This document shows, in pieces, positions 42,464-51,397 of a stretch of 64,000 nucleotides of DNA. The DNA is taken from NCBI GenBank assembly GCA_021154985.1, contig JAJNQE010000025.1, positions 19,026-83,025 of the forward strand, given 5' to 3'. Each line of letters opens with the position of its first letter. Within the stretch, counting starts at the first letter, position 1. Position numbers and translations under genes: made by a program. This DNA is from Hydrogenophaga sp. GTDB taxonomy: Bacteria; Pseudomonadota; Gammaproteobacteria; Burkholderiales; Burkholderiaceae_C. The notes beneath the pieces are model-generated. The model was not told the origin of the DNA. It worked only from the letters and a program-made list of their open reading frames with translations, and ran no database searches.

Positions 42464-43113
42464 ACACCACCGACTGGCAAACCCTCGCCCAGCTCTATCC
42501 CGCCCTTGGGGAAGCCGTGTCGGCGCCCGATGCCCTGGCTGTGATGGACGTGCCCACCGGCACCACCCTGTTCCGCGAACACGAGCCCTGTGGCGGCTTC
42601 CCGCTGCTGCTCAGCGGCGAGGTGCGGGTCTCCCGCTCGGCCAGCAGCGGGCGCGAACTCGAGCTCTACCGGGTGGTGCCGGGCGAGATGTGCCTGGTGT
42701 CTTCGTCGTGCCTGTTTGTGGACCAGCCACTGAGCGCGCACGGCGTGACGGTGAAACCCACGCGTCTGGCGCTGCTATCGCCCGCAGCCTTTCGCGCAGC
42801 ACTCGCCCACACCGCCTTCCGCGACTTCGTGCTGGGCCTTTTCGCCGCACGCCTGGCAGACCTCACCGGGCTGATCGAAGCTGTTGCCTTCCAGCGCCTG
42901 GACAGCCGCCTGGCCGCCGCCCTGCTGGGCCATGGCACGCAGGTTCACGCCACCCACCAGGCGCTGGCCGACGAACTGGGCACGGTGCGCGAGATCGTCA
43001 CCCGGCTGCTGCACCGGTTCGAGCGCGACGGCTGGGTGGAGCTCTCGCGCGAGTGCATCACCGTGCGCGACAGCGCCGCCCTGCGATCGCTGGCGTCACT
43101 GCAGCCCCGCTGA
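42460..43113 (+). CDS. Crp/Fnr family transcriptional regulator
   Basis: cNMP-binding-like domain ([12 protein letters not shown]), [27 protein letters not shown] overlap with upstream gene. Confidence 0.9.
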   Translation: MNTTDWQTLAQLYPALGEAVSAPDALAVMDVPTGTTLFREHEPCGGFPLLLSGEVRVSRSASSGRELELYRVVPGEMCLVSSSCLFVDQPLSAHGVTVKPTRLALLSPAAFRAALAHTAFRDFVLGLFAARLADLTGLIEAVAFQRLDSRLAAALLGHGTQVHATHQALADELGTVREIVTRLLHRFERDGWVELSRECITVRDSAALRSLASLQPR

Positions 43114-43127
43114 GCGCCGCCGGCCTG

Positions 43128-43143
43128 TGTGACCGAGGTCACA
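43128..43143. promoter_or_regulatory. CRP-type binding site
   Basis: TGTGACC-GA-GGTCACA, perfect TGTGA-N6-TCACA, 77 bp upstream of the DUF2892 gene. Confidence 0.8.
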
Positions 43144-43220
43144 TACCCGGCGCACACGCGCAGGTTCAATGACGTCAGGCCACCCCAGCCCGGGGCGGCT
43201 TCATTCACCGGAGCAACACC

Positions 43221-43412
43221 ATGACCAAAAACGTCGGCGGCATCGACCGCGCCCTTCGCATCACCATCGGCCTGGCCCTCATCGCGGCCGCCGCCACCGG
43301 CACGGTGGGCCTGTGGGGCTACATCGGTGTCGTGCCCCTGCTCACCGGTCTGGTGGGCTGGTGCCCGCCCTACGCCATGTTCGGCTTCAACACCTGCGCC
43401 ATGAAGAAGTGA
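43221..43412 (+). CDS. DUF2892 (YgaP-like) membrane protein
   Basis: NVGGIDRALRI, PLLTGLVGWCPPY.MFGFNTC; GGAG RBS. Confidence 0.9.
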   Translation: MTKNVGGIDRALRITIGLALIAAAATGTVGLWGYIGVVPLLTGLVGWCPPYAMFGFNTCAMKK

Positions 43413-43511
43413 GCCCCCGGGCGCGCGTGTCCTCGCTGGGACAGGACAGGCGCGCCCCGGCGGCATACAGTGCAAGGCCGCGCCCGTCCGAGGCGCGCCA
43501 GGAGACACACC

Positions 43512-44282
43512 ATGCACATCCCGTCCCTCAAAGAAGTGGTCAGCGCCGAAGAATGGGCACTGCGCTGCGACCTCGCTGCCTGTTACCGGCTGGTGGCCGC
43601 CTACGGTTGGAGCGATCTGGTCTTCACCCACATCAGCGCCAAGTTGCCCGACTCGGTCACCGGTGGTGAACACCAGTTCCTCATCAACCCCTACGGCCTC
43701 ATGTTCGACGAGATCACGGCGAGCAGCCTGGTCAAGGTCGACATGGCGTGCAACAAGTTGCTGGACTCACCCTTCCCGGTGAACCCGGCGGGCTTTGTGA
43801 TCCACAGCGCCGTGCACGAAGCGCGGCCCGAGGCCGGCTGCGTGATGCACACCCACTCGCGCGCGGGCGTGGCGGTGAGCGCGCAGAAGGCCGGCATCCT
43901 GCCCATCAGCCAGCAAAGCACCTTTGTGCTCGCCTCGCTGGCGTACCACGCCTACGAAGGTGTCGCCCTGCGGGACGCGGAAAAGGTGCGCCTGCAGGCC
44001 GATCTGGGCAAAGCCAACCACCTCGTGCTGCGCAACCACGGCCTGCTGACCGTGGGCAAGACCATCCCCGACGCCTTCCTGGCCATGTACACGCTGGAGA
44101 ACACCTGCCGCATCCAGATCGATGCGCTGGCCGGCGGCACCGAACTCACGCAGGTCGACCCCGCCATCCTGGCCGGCATGGCCGACGTGATGCGCGTGGC
44201 CACGGCCGGGCTGGGTTCGCAACTGGCCTGGCCGGCCTTGCTGCGCAAGGTGGAGAAACTGGACGCCGGCTACAAGACCTGA
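43512..44282 (+). CDS. class II aldolase/adducin family protein
   Basis: FTHISA, GFVIHSAVH, MHTHS, LRNHGLL. Confidence 0.9.
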   Translation: MHIPSLKEVVSAEEWALRCDLAACYRLVAAYGWSDLVFTHISAKLPDSVTGGEHQFLINPYGLMFDEITASSLVKVDMACNKLLDSPFPVNPAGFVIHSAVHEARPEAGCVMHTHSRAGVAVSAQKAGILPISQQSTFVLASLAYHAYEGVALRDAEKVRLQADLGKANHLVLRNHGLLTVGKTIPDAFLAMYTLENTCRIQIDALAGGTELTQVDPAILAGMADVMRVATAGLGSQLAWPALLRKVEKLDAGYKT

Positions 44283-44304
44283 GCGGGCCCGCGAGGCGAT
44301 CGCT

Positions 44305-44379
44305 TCAGCGCAGGCCGAAGAAGCTGAGGACAAAGCCGATGACGACGATCAGGCCGACGATGTAGATGATGGTGTTCAT
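44305..44379 (-). CDS. 24-aa single-TM small protein (absent from ORF track)
   Basis: MNTIIYIVGLIVVIGFVLSFFGLR*; AAGGA RBS; almost all codons end in C/G. Confidence 0.7.
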   Translation of the reverse strand: MNTIIYIVGLIVVIGFVLSFFGLR

Positions 44380-44499
44380 GATGCGGTTCCTTGTAAGTGG
44401 GAAATGCATCTTAGGTCGGCCGCTTCAAAGTGCGTGTGGGCCAGCGCACCGAGTCTCTGTAGGACGGGGACCACAGCATCCCTGCGGCCGGGCCAAACC

Positions 44500-45252
44500 C
44501 TATGACCGCGCCACAAACGCCGTCATGCCTTCCAGCACGGTGCGCAGGCGCATGAGTTCGCGCGAGCCGTCCAGCCGCTTCGACCACGCCGCCAGCCTGG
44601 AGACACGGCCCAGGCGCGGCAGCAGGTGCGCAATGAAATCGCGCAACGCCGGACCACCGGTGCCGGCATCGGCGTAGGCCTGCAGCACCGCACGCACCGC
44701 CTCGGGCCCCAGCGGCTGCAGGTAGCGCGCCAATGACAGCAGCAGCTGCAGCGCGTCGTACACCTGCACCGTGGTCAGCGCCATGCCGGGCTGCAGGCGT
44801 TCTTCGAAGTCCAGCCGGGCAAAGTGCTCGCCGTCCCAGGTGAGGTTGCGGGTTTGCGCGCCGCCGTGCCAGTGGCCACGCGCATGGAAAGCGGCCAGGT
44901 CGGCGCTGGCGGCGCACATCAGCGCCAGACGTTCGCCCTCGGGCGAGCGGTGCAACACGTGGTCCAGCGTGTCGCCGATGTCGCTGGTGGTGAGCGAAAA
45001 CCCGTCGAAGGCGAGCACCGTGGGCACCCGTTCACCGGCAGCACCCAGGGTCAGCAGGCGCTGGTGCTCGAAGGCCAGCAGCTCGGCGCCATCGGTCTGG
45101 CGCACCGCGTGCCATGGCACGGGCACGCCCACGAAATGCGCAAACACCCAGATGCTGGCGGACTTGCGCCAGCTGCGCAGCGGCCGGTCGGCGGTCTTGG
45201 TCCAGGTCTTGGCAGACGCGGTGGGGGCGGCGGTGGCGGCAGGGGTGTTCAA
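44500..45252 (-). CDS. protein kinase-like (Kdo/InaA-type fold) protein with atypical catalytic loop
   Basis: E..RL..L...G..VP, FH..G.WHGGAQTRN, LDFEE; start (TTG) uncertain. Confidence 0.6.
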   Translation of the reverse strand: MNTPAATAAPTASAKTWTKTADRPLRSWRKSASIWVFAHFVGVPVPWHAVRQTDGAELLAFEHQRLLTLGAAGERVPTVLAFDGFSLTTSDIGDTLDHVLHRSPEGERLALMCAASADLAAFHARGHWHGGAQTRNLTWDGEHFARLDFEERLQPGMALTTVQVYDALQLLLSLARYLQPLGPEAVRAVLQAYADAGTGGPALRDFIAHLLPRLGRVSRLAAWSKRLDGSRELMRLRTVLEGMTAFVARS

Positions 45253-45278
45253 GCTGCCGGATTATCCAGAAAGCCAGA

Positions 45279-45330
45279 GCACCCGCGGAACGGGCCTTGC
45301 CAAAGCGCAGGGTGCGCCCCCAAATGGAGT
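45279..45330 (+). repeat. degenerate copy of the dispersed element (copy C)
   Basis: GCACCCGCGGAACGGGCCTTGCC...GGGTGCGCCCCC resembles the CGGAACCGGCTTTGCC core plus CCCCC. Confidence 0.45.
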
Positions 45331-45350
45331 GAGCGCGGGCGTGCCTTCGA

Positions 45351-46685
45351 TCAGGCGGCGTTGGCGTAGCGCTCCAGCTCCCAGTCGCTCACCTGCTGGC
45401 TGTAGGCGGCCCATTCGGCGTGTTTGAGCGCCAGAAATTCGTTGCAGAAGGCCTCGCCTACGGCAGCGCGCAAGGGTGCGTCCTGTTCCAGCGCCTGGAG
45501 CGCGGCGAACAGGTCGCGCGGCAGCCGCTCGGGCAAGGCGCCGCCGCGCGCATGCACCTCGTAGAGATCGTCGGCACAGGGCGCCACCGCCGGCAAGGCC
45601 TGCTCGATGCCCGAGAGCCCGGCCGCCAGCGTGGCCGCGATGGCGGCGTACACATTGCACGAGGGATCGGGCAGGCGCCATTCGATGCGGCCGGCCACCG
45701 TGCGCACGAGGCAGGTGCGGTTGTTGTCACCCATGGCCTTCCACACCGGCGACCAGGTGGTGCCCGACGCGCTGCGGCTCGCCGCCAGGCGCTTGTAGCT
45801 GTTGACGGTGGGCGCGCACAGGGCGGCCAACGCGTCGGCGTGGTGCAGCAGGCCGGCGGCGAACTGGTGGCCGGTCGTGCTCAGGCCGAGCGAGCCGCCG
45901 GCATCGGCCATCACCGCCTTGCCCTGTGCATCGGTCAGGCTCAGGTGAAAGTGCAAGCCACTGCCCGGTGCATGCGCCAGCGGCTTGGGCATGGTGGAGA
46001 ACACCGCACCATGCTGCGCGGCCACCGCGTGCGCCGCCAGTTTGAAGAGCTGGTAGCGGTCGGCCGCGGCCAGCGCGTCGTCGTGCTGGTAATTGATCTC
46101 GTACTGGCCGGACGCGTCTTCGTGGTCGATCTGCTGCAGCCCGAAACCGAGTGCGGTGAGCGTCTGGCGCATGGCGTCGAGAAACGCAAAGTTGCGGCCG
46201 ATGGCCTGCAGGTCGTACGACGGTTTGGCGTGGCGGTCTTGCGCGTCGGCCACCTGCCAGCGGCCCTGCGCATCGCGGTTGAGCAGAAAGAACTCGGGCT
46301 CGATGCCGACCCACAGCGTCCAGCCGCGCGCCTTGAGGCGTTCCACCTGGCGCTTGAGCACCTGGCGCGAGCAGGTGTCCAGCGGCTCGCCGCCGGCAAA
46401 CCCGTCGCACACCGCGTGCGCCACGCCGGGCATGAAGGGCAGCACCCGCAGGCTCTCGGGCACCACGCGGCCCATGTACTCGCTGCGCGCGCCCATGCGC
46501 GGCAGGCCGGTGCCGCTGATGCTGGGGCCGGAGAAGCCGGCGCCACTGCTCACCGCACCCGCCAGGCCATCGAGCGGCACCAGCTTGCCCTTGGGGCCGC
46601 CGGGCAGGTCGGTGAAGGTGGTGAGCACCGAGTGGATGCCCTGGGCGCGCAAGGCCGCGATGCGCTCGTCCAAAGCCAAGCTCAA
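45351..46685 (-). CDS. glutamine synthetase-like gamma-glutamyl ligase (GlnT/GmaS-like)
   Basis: GIEPEFFL, DHEDASGQYEIN, MPKP...GSGLHFH, TVNSYKRL...SGTTWSP, GRIEWRLPD. Confidence 0.85.
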   Translation of the reverse strand: MSLALDERIAALRAQGIHSVLTTFTDLPGGPKGKLVPLDGLAGAVSSGAGFSGPSISGTGLPRMGARSEYMGRVVPESLRVLPFMPGVAHAVCDGFAGGEPLDTCSRQVLKRQVERLKARGWTLWVGIEPEFFLLNRDAQGRWQVADAQDRHAKPSYDLQAIGRNFAFLDAMRQTLTALGFGLQQIDHEDASGQYEINYQHDDALAAADRYQLFKLAAHAVAAQHGAVFSTMPKPLAHAPGSGLHFHLSLTDAQGKAVMADAGGSLGLSTTGHQFAAGLLHHADALAALCAPTVNSYKRLAASRSASGTTWSPVWKAMGDNNRTCLVRTVAGRIEWRLPDPSCNVYAAIAATLAAGLSGIEQALPAVAPCADDLYEVHARGGALPERLPRDLFAALQALEQDAPLRAAVGEAFCNEFLALKHAEWAAYSQQVSDWELERYANAA

Positions 46686-47980
46686 GCCAGCACCTCGGCC
46701 AGCGCCGCATCGAAGATGGCCAGCCCTTCGGCAAACACGCTGTCTTCGATGGTGAGGGGGAAGAGGAAACGGATCACGTTGCCATAGACACCGCAGGTCA
46801 GCAGCAGCAGGCCGCGCTTGAGGGCCGCCGCCTGCACTTTCTTGGTGGTGTCGGCGTCGGGTGCGCCTTTCGCGTCAACGAACTCGCAGGCCACCATGGC
46901 GCCCAGGCCACGCACATCGCCCATGCGCTTGGGGTACACGGCGCGCTTCGCGATCAGGTGCCCGATGAGCTGGTCGCCGAGCTTCTGCGCACGCTCGGGC
47001 AGACGCTCCTCGGCCATCACGTCCAGCACCGCGTGAGACGCAGCGATGGCCAGCGGGTTGCCCGCATAGGTGCCGCCCAGGCCACCCGGGGCCGGGCCGT
47101 CCATGATGGCGGCCTTGCCCGACACGGCCGACAGCGTGGTGCCCCCAGCCATGCTCTTGGCCATGGTCATGAGGTCGGGGCTCACGCCGTAGTGCTCCAT
47201 GGCAAACATCTTGCCGGTGCGCGCAAAGCCGGTCTGCACCTCGTCGGCGATGAGCAAGATGCCGTGCTGGTCGCACAGCTCGCGCAACCACTTCACGGCG
47301 GCCGGCTGGATGGGGTTGAACCCGCCCTCGCCCTGCACCGGCTCGAACACGATGGCCGCCACGCGGCTGGGCTCGATGTCGCACTTGAAGAGCTGCTCCA
47401 TCGCGTGTTTCGTGTCGTCCAGCGAAGCGCAGTGGCACGGAAACGGCACGTGATAGATCTCGGGCGGGAACGGACCGAAGCCGGCCTTGTAAGGCTGCAC
47501 CTTGCCGGTGAGCGCCACCGAGAACATGCTGCGGCCATGGAACGCGCCGCCAAAGGCAATGACGCCGGTGCGCCCGGTGCTGTAGCGCGCGATCTTCATC
47601 GCGTTCTCGATGGCTTCTGCGCCGGTGGAGAAAAACGCGGTCTTCACCGGGCCGTCGATCGGCACGATGGCGTTGATGCGCTCGGCCAGCGCCACGTACT
47701 CGGTGTAGGGCACCACCTGGTAGCAGCTGTGCGTGAAGCGCTGCAACTGCGCGGCAATGGCCGCCTGCGCCTTGGGGTGCACATGGCCGGTGTTGAGCAC
47801 CGCGATGCCGCCGGCGACGTCGATGAAGCGACGCCCTGCGATGTCCCAGAACTCGGCGTTCTTCGCCTTCTCGATAAAGAAGTCGCCCATCACGCCCACA
47901 CCGCGCGGAGTGGCGTCGAGTCGGCGCTGGTGCCAGGCGGCATTGGTGTTGTCGGTCTTGAGTTCGTTCATGGCGTTCAT
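46682..47980 (-). CDS. gabT: 4-aminobutyrate--2-oxoglutarate transaminase
   Basis: AGGIAVLNTGH, EPVQGEGGF, DEVQTGFARTG, AKSMAGG, PGGLGGTYAGNP; GGAGA RBS. Confidence 0.92.
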   Translation of the reverse strand: MNAMNELKTDNTNAAWHQRRLDATPRGVGVMGDFFIEKAKNAEFWDIAGRRFIDVAGGIAVLNTGHVHPKAQAAIAAQLQRFTHSCYQVVPYTEYVALAERINAIVPIDGPVKTAFFSTGAEAIENAMKIARYSTGRTGVIAFGGAFHGRSMFSVALTGKVQPYKAGFGPFPPEIYHVPFPCHCASLDDTKHAMEQLFKCDIEPSRVAAIVFEPVQGEGGFNPIQPAAVKWLRELCDQHGILLIADEVQTGFARTGKMFAMEHYGVSPDLMTMAKSMAGGTTLSAVSGKAAIMDGPAPGGLGGTYAGNPLAIAASHAVLDVMAEERLPERAQKLGDQLIGHLIAKRAVYPKRMGDVRGLGAMVACEFVDAKGAPDADTTKKVQAAALKRGLLLLTCGVYGNVIRFLFPLTIEDSVFAEGLAIFDAALAEVLA

Positions 47981-48010
47981 GGGTGTCTCCTTCATTGAGG
48001 GGAAGTTACC

Positions 48011-48043
48011 CCCTCTCCCCCTGGGAGAGGGTTGGGGTGAGGG
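48011..48043. repeat. REP-like palindrome (CCCTCTCCC...GGGAGAGGG type)
   Basis: CCCTCTCCCCCTGGGAGAGGGTTGGGGTGAGGG between puuC and gabT. Confidence 0.65.
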
Positions 48044-48049
48044 CTCGCG

Positions 48050-49519
48050 TCACACGGGGCTGTCGATCCTGATCCACGTCGTCTTGGTCTCGGTGTACTT
48101 GTCGAACGCGTGCAGCGACTTGTCGCGCCCCACGCCGCTCTGCTTGAAGCCACCAAAGGGCACGGTGATGTCGTCCTCGTCGTACTGGTTCACATGCACC
48201 GTGCCCGCGCGCAGCGCACGCGCCACGCCGTGCGCCTTGTTGATGTCGCGCGTCCACACCGCCGCCTGCAGGCCGTAGACGCTGTTGTTGGCCTGCTGCA
48301 CCACGTCGGCCGCGTCGGTGAACGACAGCACCGAGAGCACCGGGCCAAAGATCTCCTCGCGCGCGATCGTCATCTGCGGCGTCACGCCGTCAAAGATGGT
48401 GGGCAGCACGTAGTTGCCACCGGCCACCGGCATCGCGGCATCGCCGCCGGCGATCAGCGTCGCGCCCTCGCTCTTGCCCAGGCCGATGTAGCGCATCACG
48501 TTGTCCATCTGCACCTTGTCGACGATGGCGCCCATCACCGTGGATTTGTCCAGCGGGTTGCCCGGCTGGTAGCCCGGCACCAGCTTGAGCGCCTTCTCCA
48601 GAAAAGCATCCTTGATCGAAGCCTCCACAAACAGGCGCGAAGGCGCGTTGCAGCTCTCGCCCTGGTTGAAGAAGATGCTGCCCACCGCCGCCTCCACCGC
48701 CTTGTCCAGATCGGGGCAGTCGGCGAACACGATGTTGGGCGACTTGCCGCCCAGCTCGGTCCAGGCGCGTTTGAGGTTGCTCTGCCCGGCCATCACATGG
48801 ATCTGCTTGCCCACGCGCGTGCTGCCGGTGAACGCAATGCAGTCCACGTCCATGTGCAGCGCCAGCGGGCTGCCGGCCTCGGGGCCGTAGCCCGGCACCA
48901 CGTTGAACACGCCGGGCGGGATGCCGGCGGCCAGGGCCAGCTCGGCCAGGCGCAGTGCGGAGAGCGGGCTTTTCTCGGAGGGCTTCAACACCACCGAGTT
49001 GCCAGCGGCCAATGCGGGCGCGATCTTCCAGGCTGCCATGATCATGGGGTAGTTCCAGGGCACGATCACGCCCACCACCCCCACCGGCTCGCGCGTGATG
49101 AGGGCCAGCGCGTTGCGGCCCGTGGGCGCGATCTCGTCGTACACCTTGTCCACCGCCTCGCCGTACCAGCGGATGCAGTTGGCCGCGCTGTTCACGTCCA
49201 CGCCCTTGGCGTACTTGATGGGCTTGCCCATGTCCAGCGTCTCGGTGAGCGCCAGCTCGTCGGCGTGGGCGCTCAGCTGCTCGGCGAACTTGATCATGAT
49301 GCGCTTGCGCTGCGCCGGCGCCATGCCGCTCCAGCGGCGGTCTTCAAACGCGGCGCGGGCGGCCGCCACGGCGGCGTCGATGTCGGCTTCGCCGCAACGC
49401 GCCACCGCGGTCAGCAGGCGGCCGTCCACCGGCGAAATGCAGTCAAAGGTCTGGCCGTCGCGTGCGGCGATGCGCTCGCCGTTGATGAAAGCGCGGCCGT
49501 CGAAGCTCAGGTCGGTCAT
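48050..49519 (-). CDS. puuC: gamma-glutamyl-gamma-aminobutyraldehyde dehydrogenase
   Basis: KPSEKSPL, FTGST, ELGGKSPNIVFADCPDL, FFNQGESC, GRDKSLHAFDKY; cluster context. Confidence 0.85.
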   Translation of the reverse strand: MTDLSFDGRAFINGERIAARDGQTFDCISPVDGRLLTAVARCGEADIDAAVAAARAAFEDRRWSGMAPAQRKRIMIKFAEQLSAHADELALTETLDMGKPIKYAKGVDVNSAANCIRWYGEAVDKVYDEIAPTGRNALALITREPVGVVGVIVPWNYPMIMAAWKIAPALAAGNSVVLKPSEKSPLSALRLAELALAAGIPPGVFNVVPGYGPEAGSPLALHMDVDCIAFTGSTRVGKQIHVMAGQSNLKRAWTELGGKSPNIVFADCPDLDKAVEAAVGSIFFNQGESCNAPSRLFVEASIKDAFLEKALKLVPGYQPGNPLDKSTVMGAIVDKVQMDNVMRYIGLGKSEGATLIAGGDAAMPVAGGNYVLPTIFDGVTPQMTIAREEIFGPVLSVLSFTDAADVVQQANNSVYGLQAAVWTRDINKAHGVARALRAGTVHVNQYDEDDITVPFGGFKQSGVGRDKSLHAFDKYTETKTTWIRIDSPV

Positions 49520-49623
49520 GGGAGTCTCGAGGAGGTTGCAGAGGACGAATTGGCCTCATGCTACGCCCGAAACCCTCACCGTCGCAAAGCCACTTTGCCG
49601 AGTGGCCAGCGATCCAGTGGCCC

Positions 49624-50460
49624 TCAGGACCGGAGCGCGGCCGCCACTTCCCGCTCCCGCTTGCGGGTCGACCTCGCCACCCACACCGCGTAGCTGACGA
49701 TCACGATCGTCACCGTCACGATCAGCAGCGTGGCCGCCGCGTAGATGGTGGGGTTGATGCCGCGCCGCGCGTAGCCAAAGATCACCTGCGGCAGCGTGTT
49801 CACACCCGGGCCGGAGAGAAATTCGGAAATCACGACGTCGTCGAACGAGAGCGTGAAGGCCAGCAGAAAGGCGGCCAGGATGCCCTGGAAGATGTTGGGC
49901 AGCGTGACCAGAAAGAACACCTGCAGCGGCTTGGCGCCCAGGTCCATGGCGGCTTCTTCGATGGCGCGGTCCATCTCCATCAGCCGGCTCTGGATCACCA
50001 CCATGCCGTAGGCCATGCCCAGCAGCGTGTGGCCCAGGATGATGGTGAGCATGCCGCGCTCGGGCCAGCCAAACGCGTTCTGCGCGCCCACCATGAGCAG
50101 CAGCAACGACAGGCCGATCACCACCTCGGGCATCACCAGCGGAGCGTTGACCATGCCGCTGAAGATGGTGCGGCCGAGAAACCGGCGGTAGCGCACCAGC
50201 ACAAAGGCGGCAAAGGTGCCGAGTACGGCCGAGAGCACGCCGGTGACGGCAGCGATCTTGAGCGAGAGCCAGAAGCCCTCGACGATCTTGGTGTCGCGCG
50301 TGAGCGCCTCGTACCAGCGCAAAGAGAAGCCGGTGAAGTTGGCGTCCTGCCGTGTGCTGTTGAAGCTGAACACGATCATGAAAAGCAGCGGCAGGTACAG
50401 GAACAGGTAGACCAGTGTCAGCCAGAACTTGCCGAAGTGTTTTTCGAGGAAAGGTTTCAT
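49624..50460 (-). CDS. potI: polyamine ABC transporter permease (PotI/PotC)
   Basis: FLYLP, EEAAMDLGA, FTLSFDDVVIS. Confidence 0.85.
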   Translation of the reverse strand: MKPFLEKHFGKFWLTLVYLFLYLPLLFMIVFSFNSTRQDANFTGFSLRWYEALTRDTKIVEGFWLSLKIAAVTGVLSAVLGTFAAFVLVRYRRFLGRTIFSGMVNAPLVMPEVVIGLSLLLLMVGAQNAFGWPERGMLTIILGHTLLGMAYGMVVIQSRLMEMDRAIEEAAMDLGAKPLQVFFLVTLPNIFQGILAAFLLAFTLSFDDVVISEFLSGPGVNTLPQVIFGYARRGINPTIYAAATLLIVTVTIVIVSYAVWVARSTRKREREVAAALRS

Positions 50461-50468
50461 GCTCGGCC

Positions 50469-51380
50469 TCACTTGCGGGGTTCAGCGGCTTCGCCGGTGT
50501 AGTGGTAGTAGATCGCGAGCGGCACAACGATCAGTGCGATCATCACCACCGCCAGCGCGGTGGCGCGCGGCCAGTTGTTGCTGGTGAACATCTCGTCCCA
50601 GACCACACGGCCGATCATGATGTTCTCCGGTCCACCGAGCAGCGATGGAATCACAAACTCGCCCACCGAGGGGATGAACACCAGCATGAAGCCGGCCACG
50701 ATCCCGGCCTTGGACAGCGGCACCGTGATCAACCAGAAGGCCTTGAAGGGCGTGGTGCCCAGGTCGTAGGCGGCCTCCAGCAGACGAAAGTCCATCTTCA
50801 CCAGCGTCGCGTAGAGCGGCAAGATCATGAAGGGCAGGTACACATAGGTCATGCCCACCAGCATGGAGACGTTGGTGTAGAGCATGAGGATGGGCTCTTG
50901 CGTGATGCCCACGGCCATGAGCAACTGGTTGAGCACGCCCTGGTCGGCCAGGATACCTTTCCACGCGTAGACACGCAGCAGGAAAGAAGTCCAGAACGGC
51001 AGCATCACCATCATCAGCAGGGCAGGCCGCACGCTGGCCGGCGAGCGGGCGATGAAGTAGGCGAACGGGTAACCGAACAGCAGGCACAGCAAGGCCGTCC
51101 ACAGCGCATACCAGATCGAGCGCAGGTAGGCCTCGATGTAGATGGTCTTGAACAAGGCACCGCCTTCGTCGCGGAAGATGGTCCAGTAGTTCTCGTACTT
51201 CAGGCTGAGCAGGCCGGTCTCGCTGTCCCAGATCGGCTTGAACGGGTTGATGCTCTCGCCCATGTCCACGAAGCTGATGTACAGCAGGATCAGGAAGGGC
51301 AGGAGGAAGAAAACGAACAGCCAGACATAAGGCACGCCGATGACGAAGCGCTTGCCGGGCATGAGGGGATGAGAGGGCAT
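50469..51380 (-). CDS. potH: polyamine ABC transporter permease (PotH/PotB)
   Basis: LPFWTSFLLRVYAW, LLEAAYDLG, GEFVIP.LLGG. Confidence 0.87.
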   Translation of the reverse strand: MPSHPLMPGKRFVIGVPYVWLFVFFLLPFLILLYISFVDMGESINPFKPIWDSETGLLSLKYENYWTIFRDEGGALFKTIYIEAYLRSIWYALWTALLCLLFGYPFAYFIARSPASVRPALLMMVMLPFWTSFLLRVYAWKGILADQGVLNQLLMAVGITQEPILMLYTNVSMLVGMTYVYLPFMILPLYATLVKMDFRLLEAAYDLGTTPFKAFWLITVPLSKAGIVAGFMLVFIPSVGEFVIPSLLGGPENIMIGRVVWDEMFTSNNWPRATALAVVMIALIVVPLAIYYHYTGEAAEPRK

Positions 51381-51397
51381 GGGGTGTCTCCAGCCGT

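Noticed and set aside
44305..45252. Kinase-like gene plus small peptide as a RiPP cluster
   Set aside because: The peptide is a plain hydrophobic helix without leader/core features, and there is no protease, cyclase or exporter.
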